This document shows, one piece after another, positions 1 through 9,877 of a stretch of DNA of 64,000 nucleotides. Where the stretch lies: contig JBGSRK010000010.1 of NCBI GenBank assembly GCA_041737595.1, positions 46,393 to 110,392 of the forward strand, given 5' to 3'. The notes below the pieces were generated by a model. The model searched no databases. It was not told where the DNA came from and saw nothing but the letters and a program-made list of their open reading frames with translations. The DNA is from Patescibacteria group bacterium (lineage in GTDB: Bacteria; Patescibacteriota; CPR2; UBA1875). The position numbers were made by a program, and so were the translations under genes. How positions within the stretch are numbered: position 1 is the first letter of the stretch; every line of letters starts with the position of its first letter.

Positions 1-935
1 ATTGGGTTAGCTTCTGCAGGACTAATCATAGGTTCTCCTGCGCCTATACCTGAAGGTGTAGACATGGTATCAAAATTTGGGTCAACTCCTGACATATTTG
101 TAGGTTGATTATTGGGGGTTATATTCATTGATTGTGGTTGAAAATAATTTTCTGGAGTTGGCTGAATTGGAGTTTGAACAGTTTGTGGAACATCTTGAAC
201 CATATCTGGCTTAATAGAAGATTCTGTTGGGTTAATTGCTACTGGTGATTCTTCGTTTATTGTTTGTACATCTGTCTGAATATTATTAGCAATTGGTTGT
301 TGGGTTTGAGAATTATCGTTAGATGGTTCTGTTGTTTGGTCATTTGTTATTTGTTGAGGTTGAGACTCATTTATTTGAGATTGGTTAATTTGAGGTGTAA
401 TTTCCTCTGAATGTTCTGAATTTTGTTTTTCTTCTACAACTTGCGCAGAATTAATTCCATCGTTTGGGATTACATCTAAATTAGGGGTATTCTCTTTAGG
501 ATTACTCCCTACTGATGATGGAAAATCTGGGATTGGTATTTTGGGACTATTATCCTGTTCTACTGGTGTATTAAAGGATGGAGTATCAGAAGCCTGTTCA
601 ATCTCTTTTTGTATTTCATCTCTAACAGGAGTTTTTATATCTGATTCGTTTGGTTGGTCAGCAGAAATATAATTTTCTTGCAAGCTAGTATCATTTTGGG
701 GGACAACCGGCGCAATAGGCTCTGTTTGAATTATTGGTTGTGATTGATCTGGCTCTACTTGTGCTGTATCAAATTGTGGTGCATGATTTTCAATATTTAT
801 AGAGGGAGGAACAGTTGGCTGTTCTGTTTGATTATCGGTATTAGTTTGGTCAGCAGAAATTTCAATACCACAATCAAGACAAACGTATTTACCGTTAACA
901 TTTATAGCTTCTTTGTGGCAATTAGGACACTGCAA
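1..935 (-). CDS. hypothetical protein with N-terminal zinc ribbon (CPNC...CLDC) and a long Pro/Gln/Thr/Asn-rich low-complexity region; 3'-partial, continues beyond the window start; probable TTG start
   Basis: Manual minus-strand translation of 1-935 gives an open frame: (TTG)QCPNCHKEAINVNGKYVCLDCGIEISADQTNTDNQTEQPTVPP... with no stop up to position 1. The ORF track missed it (truncated, non-ATG start). The 744..1082 + ORF is antisense to it. Confidence 0.45.
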   Translation of the reverse strand, partial: MQCPNCHKEAINVNGKYVCLDCGIEISADQTNTDNQTEQPTVPPSINIENHAPQFDTAQVEPDQSQPIIQTEPIAPVVPQNDTSLQENYISADQPNESDIKTPVRDEIQKEIEQASDTPSFNTPVEQDNSPKIPIPDFPSSVGSNPKENTPNLDVIPNDGINSAQVVEEKQNSEHSEEITPQINQSQINESQPQQITNDQTTEPSNDNSQTQQPIANNIQTDVQTINEESPVAINPTESSIKPDMVQDVPQTVQTPIQPTPENYFQPQSMNITPNNQPTNMSGVDPNFDTMSTPSGIGAGEPMISPAEANP

Positions 936-989
936 GTGACCCCCCTTGTTTACATATTAATTATTATATCTTTAACTGAATTTGGCAAG

Positions 990-3371
990 TTATTCTTTAA
1001 TTTTGCTTTTCAATTCTTCTATCTCTTTTTGAACATTTGCAAGTTCAGACATTATAAGTCTTTCTTCAACTTCAGCAATTAATTTTCTAGTATTAGAAAG
1101 AGCATCTGGCATCACTGAAATTGATGTTGCCCCCCATTCTACTAATTTTTGGGTAATTTCTGGATAAACACTTGGTGCCTGACCACAAATTGAACAGGTT
1201 ATGCCTGCTTCTTTACAACCTCTTACAGTTCTTTCAAGCATCCATAACACTGCTGGATTCCTTTCATCAAATTCTTCTGCCACAACAGAGGAATCACGAT
1301 CAAGCCCTAATGTAAGTTGGGTAAGGTCATTTGAACCAATTGAAACACCATCTATGCCTTCACGAGCAAATTCATCAATTAATATAACAGCAGAAGGGAC
1401 TTCAACCATAATCCATAGTTTAAATGAAGAATCTGTCTCTTTAGAAAGCCCAGCCTCTGCCATTATTTTCTTAACGCCACGAAATTCATCAATTGTTCTT
1501 ACAAAAGGAACCATTACATGTAAATTATTGTATTGCTCACGAACTTTTTTAATTGCTTCGATTTCTAAATTAAATACTTCAGGATCTTTATGATATCTAA
1601 AACAACCACGATACCCGATCATAGGGTTCTCTTCTTCTGGTTCAAACTTTTCACCACCAGAAAGATTTCTATATTCATTTGTTTTAAAATCAGTAAATCT
1701 ATAAACAACTGGTCGAGGATAAAAACTTTGAGCAAATTTCATTAAACCCGTGGTTAATTTGTCGGTAAATTCTTTACCTCTTCCTTCAGCTATCATTTTT
1801 TTAGGATGTTCTTTAATATCTTCTGCAATTATAAATTCAGCTCGAAGAAGTCCTACACCGTCAACATCTTTTGCTGCCATTTTTTCAGCCATTTCTGGTT
1901 CGGCAGAAATTACATAAAGTTTTGTTGCGGTAATTATTTTAGATTCTTGTTGGGTTACTTGAACTTCTGGGTCTATTTTTTCTTTTTGAGGAGTAACATT
2001 ACCTTTATAAACATTCCCACTATGACCATCTACAGTAATAGTACCTATATTCAAAAGATCTTTTGTCGCAGTGTCTGTACCAACCACACAAGGAATGCCT
2101 AATTCTCGAGAAACAATTGCAGCATGACAAGTTCGTCCCCCCTTATCTGTTACTATTGCAACGGCTCTTTTCATTGCTGGTACAAAATCTGGAGTTGTCA
2201 TTTCAGTTACAAGAATATCTCCCTCTTTTATCTTATCCATTTCTTTTGGAGAATGAATAACAACAACATTTCCAGAAGCTATACCAACTGAAGCGCCTGC
2301 ACCACTAAGAATTACTTCTGCTGTTGTAATATCTCCATCTCTCGGCTCATCTCCAGTATCTTTTTGAGGGTCTTTATTATCTAATGTTGTAACAGGTCGA
2401 GATTGAACCATATATACTCTTCCACCTTCTATCGCCCATTCTGTATCTTGGGGCTTACCATAATGTTTTTCTATCGCAAGTGCTAAATCAAATAATTTAA
2501 AAATTAATTTATCATCAATTTTTTGAGAATTTTGTTTATTTATTGGAACATCAACCCCCGATTTTGAAAGATCATCTAAATTATCTGTATCAGAAGAACC
2601 TGATTCACGTGTAAGCATCCATGTTTGTTTTGTAATTTCTTTTTCTGATATTTCTCTAGTTTTTTTATCAATTAAATATCTATCTGGAGTTACTGCTCCA
2701 AGAACTACTACTTCTCCAAGACCATAGGCAGCTTCAATTGAAACATGGTTTAAATCATTATTTGTCGGATCAATAGTAAACATTACGCCTGCTGTGTCAG
2801 AATTAACCATTTTTTGGACAGGGACTGCTATCCCAACAGAAAGTTGGTCAAATCCATTATCATTTCGATAATAAATAGCACGAGCTTCAAACAATGAGGC
2901 CCAACATTTTAAAACAGCAACACAAACTTCGTTATCACCTATTACATTTAAATAGGTTGCTTGTTGACCTGCAAAAGAAGCGTCTGCTAAATCTTCGGCC
3001 GTTGCAGATGATCGCACTGCTACATAAAGTTTTTCAGTATTAGTATCTTTAGCTAATTTTTTATATGCTTCAACTATTCCTTTATGTAAAAAATCCGGGA
3101 GCGGAGTATCCACAATTAATTTTTGAGCTTTTTCAGCTCTGTCTTGAAGGTCTTTATTATTTTCAAAATCAAGCCCGTCTAATAATTTTTTAAGTTTTTC
3201 GTCCAGGCCAGTTTTTTTAATATAATCGAAATATGCTTCTGATGTAATAATATATCCCGGCGGGACAGGGAAACCTGCTCTGGTGAGTTCACCAAGATTA
3301 GCGCCTTTCCCACCAACTAATTGACCATCATCTTTCCCTACTTCTGAAAACCATACTATATTTTTAGACAA
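990..3371 (-). CDS. ppsA: phosphoenolpyruvate synthase (PEP-utilizing enzyme)
   Basis: 793 aa. N-terminal GGKGANLGE ATP-grasp motif, central phosphohistidine motif GGRTCHAAIVSRELGIPCVVG, C-terminal PEP-utilizer TIM barrel. Size matches PpsA rather than PPDK. Confidence 0.85.
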   Translation of the reverse strand: MSKNIVWFSEVGKDDGQLVGGKGANLGELTRAGFPVPPGYIITSEAYFDYIKKTGLDEKLKKLLDGLDFENNKDLQDRAEKAQKLIVDTPLPDFLHKGIVEAYKKLAKDTNTEKLYVAVRSSATAEDLADASFAGQQATYLNVIGDNEVCVAVLKCWASLFEARAIYYRNDNGFDQLSVGIAVPVQKMVNSDTAGVMFTIDPTNNDLNHVSIEAAYGLGEVVVLGAVTPDRYLIDKKTREISEKEITKQTWMLTRESGSSDTDNLDDLSKSGVDVPINKQNSQKIDDKLIFKLFDLALAIEKHYGKPQDTEWAIEGGRVYMVQSRPVTTLDNKDPQKDTGDEPRDGDITTAEVILSGAGASVGIASGNVVVIHSPKEMDKIKEGDILVTEMTTPDFVPAMKRAVAIVTDKGGRTCHAAIVSRELGIPCVVGTDTATKDLLNIGTITVDGHSGNVYKGNVTPQKEKIDPEVQVTQQESKIITATKLYVISAEPEMAEKMAAKDVDGVGLLRAEFIIAEDIKEHPKKMIAEGRGKEFTDKLTTGLMKFAQSFYPRPVVYRFTDFKTNEYRNLSGGEKFEPEEENPMIGYRGCFRYHKDPEVFNLEIEAIKKVREQYNNLHVMVPFVRTIDEFRGVKKIMAEAGLSKETDSSFKLWIMVEVPSAVILIDEFAREGIDGVSIGSNDLTQLTLGLDRDSSVVAEEFDERNPAVLWMLERTVRGCKEAGITCSICGQAPSVYPEITQKLVEWGATSISVMPDALSNTRKLIAEVEERLIMSELANVQKEIEELKSKIKE

Positions 3372-3446
3372 GAATAACCCTCCGTTATTTATTTAATTTT
3401 GACATACTATTAAGCTTATTTCAATCTTGTTTTAATAAACAATTTG

Positions 3447-4133
3447 CTACTTATTTATTAAATAGGCAATTAAATACTTTCGCTTATATACTTTACTAGA
3501 TATCTCTACTCGACCCTCTGTTTTAATAATTTTGTCTACATTAAAAAATTCTTTATACATATCCAAGAAATCAGACAAAGCAAAAACTCTTTCTGTGATT
3601 CCTAATTCTTTCATTAAATATGTATCCTTTTCTGGACCGGGTGACAATTTTATTAAATTCTGAGCATTTTTATCACCATCTTTTAAAAGTGTTCTAACAA
3701 AAAAGTATCCTCCTTTTTTAAGCACTCTGTGAACTTCGGATAAATATATTTTTCTTTCTTTTTCTGTTAATGCATTTGAGGTTGTAATATCAAGAACTAT
3801 TCCAAAACTTTTATCTAAAAATGGGAGAGGTTCACCTATACTTTTTTTAATATATTTAACAGTAACATTATTCTTTTTGGCTTCAGATTCTGAAATTTTT
3901 ATTGCCTCTTTCGAAATTTCAATTCCAATAACTTCATTGCCCAAACTCGCAAGATAATTTGCGTTACGGCCAGTCCCTGAACCTAAATCTAATATTTTAT
4001 AATTTGTGACTGACTTATTATTTTGCTTTTTCAAATATTTTAAATAAGTTAAAAACGCATTTTGCGGTTTTACAAAACCACTAAGCATTTTTTTATTTCT
4101 ATATTCTTTATCCCAACTATTTGCTTGAGCCAT
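3447..4133 (-). CDS. class I SAM-dependent methyltransferase
   Basis: Motif I ILDLGSGTGRNANYLA and the overall Rossmann MTase layout. Confidence 0.65.
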   Translation of the reverse strand: MAQANSWDKEYRNKKMLSGFVKPQNAFLTYLKYLKKQNNKSVTNYKILDLGSGTGRNANYLASLGNEVIGIEISKEAIKISESEAKKNNVTVKYIKKSIGEPLPFLDKSFGIVLDITTSNALTEKERKIYLSEVHRVLKKGGYFFVRTLLKDGDKNAQNLIKLSPGPEKDTYLMKELGITERVFALSDFLDMYKEFFNVDKIIKTEGRVEISSKVYKRKYLIAYLINK

Positions 4134-4160
4134 AAAAATATTTTATCACAACAATCTTAA

Positions 4161-5018
4161 CTAAGCTTTTCCAGCACTCCCAAATAATCTGATTTTCTCA
4201 ATAACAACTTTTTCTACTGCTTCACCACCAGCTGGTAAGTATTTATAAGGGACTACTTGGTCTGGGTGAACCTCAAATTCATGTAAAATTCCTTTATGAA
4301 ATGCCACTCTTAATTCAGTATTAACATTAATTTTTACCACACCAAGCGCGATGGCTTTTTTAATTTGATTTTTAGGTATTCCAGAACCTCCGTGTAGAGA
4401 AAAATATTTTTTTACTAGTTTTTTAATTTCTTTAAGTCTTTCAAAATCAAGTTGAGGAGGATTTGAATATATACCATGGATATTACCAATAGAGACAGCG
4501 AGAACATCTACTCCTGTCTCTCTTACAAATTTTAAAGCTTCTTTAGGATCAGTTAAATTTTCTTCTGCAATTTCAATTTTCTTTGAATGAGATTCAGAAC
4601 TACCTGCTATATGACCTATTTCCCCCTCAATTGAAAGATTATGTAAATGGGCTAATTTTGTTGCAACTTTTGTTAGTTTCACGTTTTCGTTGTATGGGAG
4701 TGATGAACCATCTAGGTGGATTGAAGTATAACCAGCCTCAATCGCATTTTTAACAGACTCTAATGAAGCACCATGATCTAAATGTAAAACAATTGGTATT
4801 TTAGATTTTTTTGCTAACTCTTTCACTTCTGCGGCGGATATTTCAGGTGTAAGATGCTTCATTTCTCCTTCTGAAGTTTCAATAATTACAGGTGAATTCA
4901 TTTTTTCAGCAGCAGAAATAATTGCTTTCGTTATTTCTAAATTTGAAGTATTAAAAGCACCAATCGCATAACCACCTTTTTGGGCTTTTTTAAATATATT
5001 TTTTGATGTTGTTAACAA
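4161..5018 (-). CDS. fba: class II fructose-bisphosphate aldolase
   Basis: GAFN, HLDHG and the 285 aa length are typical of class II FBA/tagatose-bisphosphate aldolase. It sits in the glycolytic operon with tpi, pgk and gap. Confidence 0.85.
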   Translation of the reverse strand: MLTTSKNIFKKAQKGGYAIGAFNTSNLEITKAIISAAEKMNSPVIIETSEGEMKHLTPEISAAEVKELAKKSKIPIVLHLDHGASLESVKNAIEAGYTSIHLDGSSLPYNENVKLTKVATKLAHLHNLSIEGEIGHIAGSSESHSKKIEIAEENLTDPKEALKFVRETGVDVLAVSIGNIHGIYSNPPQLDFERLKEIKKLVKKYFSLHGGSGIPKNQIKKAIALGVVKINVNTELRVAFHKGILHEFEVHPDQVVPYKYLPAGGEAVEKVVIEKIRLFGSAGKA

Positions 5019-5028
5019 ACTCGTATCC

Positions 5029-5064
5029 TCTCGTCATTCCCGCGAAGGCGGGAATCTAGATTGC
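5029..5064. repeat. palindromic GTCATTC...GAATC element (GTCATTCCCGCGAAGGCGGGAATC) in the tpi-fba intergenic spacer
   Basis: Inverted repeat ATTCCCGC/GCGGGAAT seen directly. The same GTCATTC...GAATC frame recurs at 9426-9452 and 52727-52786. Confidence 0.4.
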
Positions 5065-5106
5065 CAATCAATTGTTGTAACTATTTAATTATAAAATAAT
5101 GTCAAA

Positions 5107-5943
5107 TTATTTTTTCTTTTTTGTTTTTTTATTTGAATCTATTTTTTTAGATTTAGAATTTAGAATTAAGACTTCGGAAATTTCATCTTTGCCCTCAACT
5201 ATATTTACTATTTTTGTAAAAACTTTAAAATCTGGAGAAACTGTTCCTACAAGTACACCATCAATATCTGTTTCTTTTATAAAACTTTCTACATTTTTAT
5301 CATCAACACTACCACCATAAATAATATGTGTTGAATTTGCAGTTTTTTCTCCATAAAGTGCCTTAATCAAATCCCTAATTTGTTTTATTGCTTCATTTGC
5401 TTTTTTGGGTTCACAAACATGACCAGTTCCGATTGCCCAAACAGGTTCATAAGCAATAATAGATTTTGCAATCTCATCCTTAGTCAAATCAGAAAGTGAA
5501 GCTTCAAGTTGTCCAGTTACAACAAGCTTTGTTAAACCATCCATTTTTTCATGTAAAGATTCACCAACACAGATAACTGGAGTAATATTATGTCGTACTA
5601 AAGATGCTGCTTTTTTTGCCACAATTTTGTCTGTTTCTAAAAAATATTTTCTTCTCTCAGAATGGCCAACGATACAATATTTAGCAAACCCTTTTAATTG
5701 ATGAGCTGAAATCTCACCAGTGTAAGCACCAGCATCTTCCCAAAAAGTATTTTGGGCACAAATCTCAATATCGGAATTTTTAACTATATCAGAAGCTGGA
5801 TAAATAGATAAATATGAAGGGCAAACGGCCACAATTGTTTTGTCAACTTTAATTGTTTTTATTAAACGCTCTAAAAGAAGTGTGCTCTCTGGTACAGTTA
5901 AATTCATTTTCCAATTACCAATAACAATTTTAGTTCTATTCAT
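5107..5943 (-). CDS. tpiA: triosephosphate isomerase with Lys-rich C-terminal tail
   Basis: IGNWKMN, AYEPVWAIGTG and YGGSV TIM motifs. A ~30 aa extra K-rich tail (…KSKKIDSNKKTKKKK). Confidence 0.9.
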   Translation of the reverse strand: MNRTKIVIGNWKMNLTVPESTLLLERLIKTIKVDKTIVAVCPSYLSIYPASDIVKNSDIEICAQNTFWEDAGAYTGEISAHQLKGFAKYCIVGHSERRKYFLETDKIVAKKAASLVRHNITPVICVGESLHEKMDGLTKLVVTGQLEASLSDLTKDEIAKSIIAYEPVWAIGTGHVCEPKKANEAIKQIRDLIKALYGEKTANSTHIIYGGSVDDKNVESFIKETDIDGVLVGTVSPDFKVFTKIVNIVEGKDEISEVLILNSKSKKIDSNKKTKKKK

Positions 5944-6018
5944 TTTCCCTCCCTGATTTATCTTTTTCTATTATGAAGAAAAATATATGATAAATCAATT
6001 TTTAATTAAAATTAAAAA

Positions 6019-7191
6019 TTATTTTTTAAGTACTTCTAACCCGGGTAATTTCTTTCCTGATAAAAATTCTAATGTTGCTCCCCCACCAGTTGAAACAAAA
6101 TCAAATTTAAGATCTAAATCATTTACAGCAGCCAAAGTATCTCCACCACCAATGATAGAATTCGCATTCGATTGACTTATTATTTTTGCAACTGCGATAG
6201 TCCCTTTTGCACTATTTTTGTGTTCAGAAATTCCAACTGGCCCATTCCAAAAAATCATTCCAGCAAATTTCAAAGGTTCTGAATATTTTGAGATAGTATT
6301 GGGCCCCACATCAACAATAATGTCAGATTTTTCAACTTCATCTATCGATTTTGATTCAGTTTTGGCTGAAATATTTATACTTTTAGCACAAATAACATCA
6401 TCTGGGAGAATAAGTTCAACTCCTTTTTCATCACATAATCTTTTAATATCATCCGCCACATTTTCAGATTCTGGTTCATAAAGAGATTTGCCGACATCGT
6501 AACCTTCTGCTGCCAAAAAAGTATTTGCCATTGCTCCGCCGATTATTAAAACATCTGCTTTTTGAATTAAGCCAGAAAGCACATCAATTTTATCAGATAT
6601 TTTTGCTCCTCCAGAAACAACCACAAATGGTCTCTTGGGGTTTAGGAGTATATTATCTAGATATGTAGCTTCTTCTATTAATGAAAAACCTGCATAAGAT
6701 GACAAAAATTCTGTAATAGCAACAACAGAAGCATGATTTCGATGTGAAGCAGAAAAAGCATCATTTACATATAAATCACATCCTTCAGCTAATTTATGTG
6801 CAAAATCTTTATCGTTTTTTTCTTCAACATCATAAAATCTAACATTTTCAAGGAGTAAAACATCCCCAGATTTTGAAGATTCTATAGCTTTTAACTTTTC
6901 ATGTCCGATACAATCAGTTACAAAAGTAATTTTTTTATCTAAGTTTTTTTCGAGTTCGGAAACAATTATTTTTAAACTAAATTCTTTATTTTTTTTACCT
7001 TCAGGACGTCCAAAATGTGAACATAAAATCACTGTCGCGCCTTCAGAAAGAAGCCACTTTATAGTTTTTAAACTTGATAAAATCCTTTCATTATTCGTTA
7101 CTTTGCCAGAAGCAATAGGAACATTATAATCAACTCGAACAAGGACTTTTTTACCCCTTACAGAAATATCTTTAATATTTTTTAATTTCAT
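6019..7191 (-). CDS. pgk: phosphoglycerate kinase
   Basis: VLVRVDYNVP N-terminal motif, 390 aa, glycolytic operon context. Confidence 0.9.
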   Translation of the reverse strand: MKLKNIKDISVRGKKVLVRVDYNVPIASGKVTNNERILSSLKTIKWLLSEGATVILCSHFGRPEGKKNKEFSLKIIVSELEKNLDKKITFVTDCIGHEKLKAIESSKSGDVLLLENVRFYDVEEKNDKDFAHKLAEGCDLYVNDAFSASHRNHASVVAITEFLSSYAGFSLIEEATYLDNILLNPKRPFVVVSGGAKISDKIDVLSGLIQKADVLIIGGAMANTFLAAEGYDVGKSLYEPESENVADDIKRLCDEKGVELILPDDVICAKSINISAKTESKSIDEVEKSDIIVDVGPNTISKYSEPLKFAGMIFWNGPVGISEHKNSAKGTIAVAKIISQSNANSIIGGGDTLAAVNDLDLKFDFVSTGGGATLEFLSGKKLPGLEVLKK

Positions 7192-7251
7192 TTATTGCCA
7201 TCCCTTGTTCTTTTGTAATTTTAAAATTAATTTAAAATTTAGAACTTAAAA

Positions 7252-8265
7252 TTATAAATTTCTAACGACTAGATCTGTAAGATCTGCAAGTCGGTTAGCG
7301 TATCCCCATTCATTATCATACCAACCGAATACTTTAAAAAAATTACCACCAATATTCTTTATTAAAAGACCGTCAAAAATAGATGAATAATTACTTCCTC
7401 TCCAATCAGTTGAAACGGTTGGATCCATAGAAACAAAAAGATAATTTTTCATTTGCCCCCTTGATGCTTTTAGCATTGCTTTTGTTATTTCTTCTGGGGT
7501 TGTTTCTTTTTCTAATTCAACAACTATGTCATTTATTGAAACCGTAGGAGTCGGAACACGGATTGCGACACCATCCATAATATCTTCTAATTCTGGGATA
7601 ACTTCTTTAAGTGCTTTTGCGGCACCTGTAGTGGTCGGAATAATATTAACGGCTGCGGCCCTTGCTCTTCTTAAATCTTCATGTGGAACATCTAATATTC
7701 TTTGATCATTAGTATAAGAATGAACCGTAGTTAAAAACCCTCTTTTGACACCAAAAGAATCAACCAAAACCTTCATAATTGGAGCAAGACCATTAGTTGT
7801 ACAAGAGGCATTTGAAATAATATGATGCTCTTTTGAATTGTATTTTTCTTCATTAACTCCTAATACAATTGTTATATCATGGTTTTTAGCAGGTGCGGAA
7901 ATAACTACTTTTTTTGCACCAGCTCTAATATGTTGACCAGCGAGTTCTCCGTCAGTAAAAAAACCTGTGCATTCAAGTACTACATCAACTCCAAGTTTTT
8001 TCCATGGAAGTTTTGACGGAATTTTTTCTGCAAATGTTTTAATTTTTTTACCATTTACCTTAATACAATCCTTTCCTGGTTCTATTTTTGCTTTCCATGT
8101 ACCATAATTTGAATCAAATTTTAATAAATGCGCAAGAGTCTCATTATCTGTAAGATCATTAATTGCAACTACTTGAATTTTTTTATTATATTTTTCTGTC
8201 AAAATCTTAAATACTTGTCGACCTATTCGTCCAAAACCGTTAATTGCTACTTTTGTCATTTTCAT
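7252..8265 (-). CDS. gap: glyceraldehyde-3-phosphate dehydrogenase (type I)
   Basis: NGFGRIGR NAD-binding motif and SNASCTTNGLAP active site. Catalytic Cys is present; the second Cys is replaced by Gly. Confidence 0.9.
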   Translation of the reverse strand: MKMTKVAINGFGRIGRQVFKILTEKYNKKIQVVAINDLTDNETLAHLLKFDSNYGTWKAKIEPGKDCIKVNGKKIKTFAEKIPSKLPWKKLGVDVVLECTGFFTDGELAGQHIRAGAKKVVISAPAKNHDITIVLGVNEEKYNSKEHHIISNASCTTNGLAPIMKVLVDSFGVKRGFLTTVHSYTNDQRILDVPHEDLRRARAAAVNIIPTTTGAAKALKEVIPELEDIMDGVAIRVPTPTVSINDIVVELEKETTPEEITKAMLKASRGQMKNYLFVSMDPTVSTDWRGSNYSSIFDGLLIKNIGGNFFKVFGWYDNEWGYANRLADLTDLVVRNL

Positions 8266-8470
8266 TCCCCTTTTTCTTTTGCTTTTTTATTTTCTCTTTT
8301 GCATACTCTTTTATTTTATCAAAAAAAACTAAATTTATCCCTATAAGTTCTAAACCTACAAAAATAAGAAGCCAGCCAGGAACAATTGGGAATAAAAGAC
8401 CTGCAATCCCAGCGAATATTAAAATAAATCCAGCAATTCTTTTTAAAATAAATTTTTTTTCTTCATTCAT
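8240..8470 (-). CDS. small membrane protein, PGPGW-like
   Basis: 76 aa with two predicted TM helices and a PIVPGW motif. Overlaps the gap start by ~25 nt. Confidence 0.4.
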   Translation of the reverse strand: MNEEKKFILKRIAGFILIFAGIAGLLFPIVPGWLLIFVGLELIGINLVFFDKIKEYAKEKIKKQKKKGNENDKSSN

Positions 8471-8555
8471 ACTTCTATTATGACTGTTTTATAAAACAAT
8501 TGAAATACAAAAGAACTAGAAAAAATTAAAATTTTAGAGTAGTTTTTATAAATTA

Positions 8556-9161
8556 TTATAATATTGTTTTACCGCGTTTATTATAGCGGTCATATTCATT
8601 AAAATTTCCGCCTGGATTAACTTTTTTCAATACTTCGTGTCTAGCTTTCACTGCAATATCATTTTTAAGTACATTATCCATTTGGCTCATATGTTCTGGG
8701 TCGGAAATAACTCCTTTTTCTTCCATGGCCATTTCTGAACTATTTATCGCAACATCTCTTGTCAATTTTCTTTGTGATGGAACTCCTCTTTTAATATATT
8801 CTATTTCTTTTTTATAAGAGTCTCTCGTAGATTCTCTACCAGTAATTACATCTTTAATTTTCTCAAATTTTGTTGTTGGTTCTTCTTCGGATGCTAGTTT
8901 TTCTTCCAATTCGTCGATTCTTTTATTATCTTCTTCGGCCATTTTTTGAGCCATTTCTTTATCATCTACTCTCAAGTAATTTTCATCACTTTTATCAGCT
9001 ACAAGTGCATTTCTTGCTTTTTCTATTGCACTTGTTTCTAAGGATTTTAATTGCCCAGTAGTTAAATCACTTAACCCTAATATTTTTTTTCTTTCATGAA
9101 GATCTTCAGATTTATAATCTACATCTTCGTTTTCTGCTTGATCTTTTTCTAATTCAGTCAT
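8556..9161 (-). CDS. hypothetical highly charged coiled-coil protein
   Basis: 201 aa, E/K-rich, no recognisable catalytic motif. Confidence 0.4.
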   Translation of the reverse strand: MTELEKDQAENEDVDYKSEDLHERKKILGLSDLTTGQLKSLETSAIEKARNALVADKSDENYLRVDDKEMAQKMAEEDNKRIDELEEKLASEEEPTTKFEKIKDVITGRESTRDSYKKEIEYIKRGVPSQRKLTRDVAINSSEMAMEEKGVISDPEHMSQMDNVLKNDIAVKARHEVLKKVNPGGNFNEYDRYNKRGKTIL

Positions 9162-9345
9162 ATAAATAACTCCTTATAAAATTTTGAACTGCCTATATAA
9201 TACTCCAATTAATATTTGTATTGCAAGGGGGGAAGGTTATTTTACGTTATTGTGAACAATAGCACGACAATCTATTTTCAACCACTCAGGGGTTCTTATA
9301 CCTTGACCACTAAAAAAGCCAGCGAGGTGCAAGCACTTCTCTGGC

Positions 9346-9364
9346 TTTTTGGCAGTCCCAAGGG
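9346..9364 (-). repeat. duplicated 3'-terminal fragment of tRNA-Glu (TTTTTGGCAGTCCCAAGGG), ~170 bp beyond the intact tRNA 3' end
   Basis: A 19-nt identical match to 9527-9545. The flanking ~60 bp (CCTTGAMACTAAAAARAGCC…) is also duplicated. Confidence 0.5.
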
Positions 9365-9531
9365 AACGACAAGTCGTATTCTCACCGCTATTCATAGTTA
9401 TATACTAGTGAAAGCAGAGCACTTTAGCTGTCATTCTGAACTTGTTTCAGAATCTATGTTTTTATCATGCAGGGCTTCTTACCCCTTGAAACTAAAAAGA
9501 GCCCGAGCGGATAAACCGTTCTGACTCTTTT

Positions 9532-9606
9532 TGGCAGTCCCAAGGGGATTCGAACCCCTGTTACTAGGATGAAAACCTAGCGTCCTAACCCCTAGACGAT
9601 GGGACC
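9532..9606 (-). tRNA. tRNA-Glu(TTC), CCA encoded
   Basis: Hand-folded cloverleaf: acceptor GGTCCCA/TGGGACT, D-stem GTCT/GGAC, anticodon stem CTAGG/CCTAG with loop TTTTCAT, T-arm AGGGG-TTCGAAT-CCCCT. Confidence 0.85.
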
Positions 9607-9855
9607 ATAAAAATTTATGTCACGTAATAACCTTTCTCTGATCTGCCCGTGACTTTTAAGCTGTTTTTCTCTCTTTCGAGCATCTGCATAGTTTTTATAC
9701 TGCTCTAGGTGTGCAATAACAAACGGTGCTCTTCCTTTAGTTGATTTATTATAACCTCTATTATGTTGATATAGTCTAGATTCAAAATTTTTTGTTATAC
9801 CAATGTAGAATCCTTTGTCCCTATCACTTTTCAAGATATAAACATAACAAATCAT
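9592..9855 (-). CDS. GIY-YIG nuclease family protein (UPF0213/YhbQ-like)
   Basis: VYILKSDRDKGFYIGITKNFESRLYQHN … E..LK is the GIY-YIG core. The track ORF (to 9981) has an N-terminal extension that just translates a tRNA fragment, so the start is more likely the ATG at 9855. The last 5 codons overlap the tRNA-Glu 5' end. Confidence 0.65.
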   Translation of the reverse strand: MICYVYILKSDRDKGFYIGITKNFESRLYQHNRGYNKSTKGRAPFVIAHLEQYKNYADARKREKQLKSHGQIRERLLRDINFYGPIV

Positions 9856-9877
9856 TATTCGATTATAAAGGTTTTTT

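Noticed and set aside
744-1082. Track ORF 744..1082 (+), 112 aa
   Set aside because: It is antisense to the partial minus-strand zinc-ribbon/low-complexity gene and to the ppsA 3' end. The hydrophobic low-complexity translation is typical of AT-rich antisense frames.
1201-2260. Plus-strand ORFs 1201..1593, 1806..2102 and 2063..2260 inside ppsA
   Set aside because: They are fully embedded antisense to a well-supported 793-aa PEP synthase gene with no motifs. Spurious.
9216-9524. Track ORF 9216..9524 (+), 102 aa
   Set aside because: It spans the duplicated tRNA-fragment/terminator region with no RBS. The sequence is better explained as non-coding repeats.
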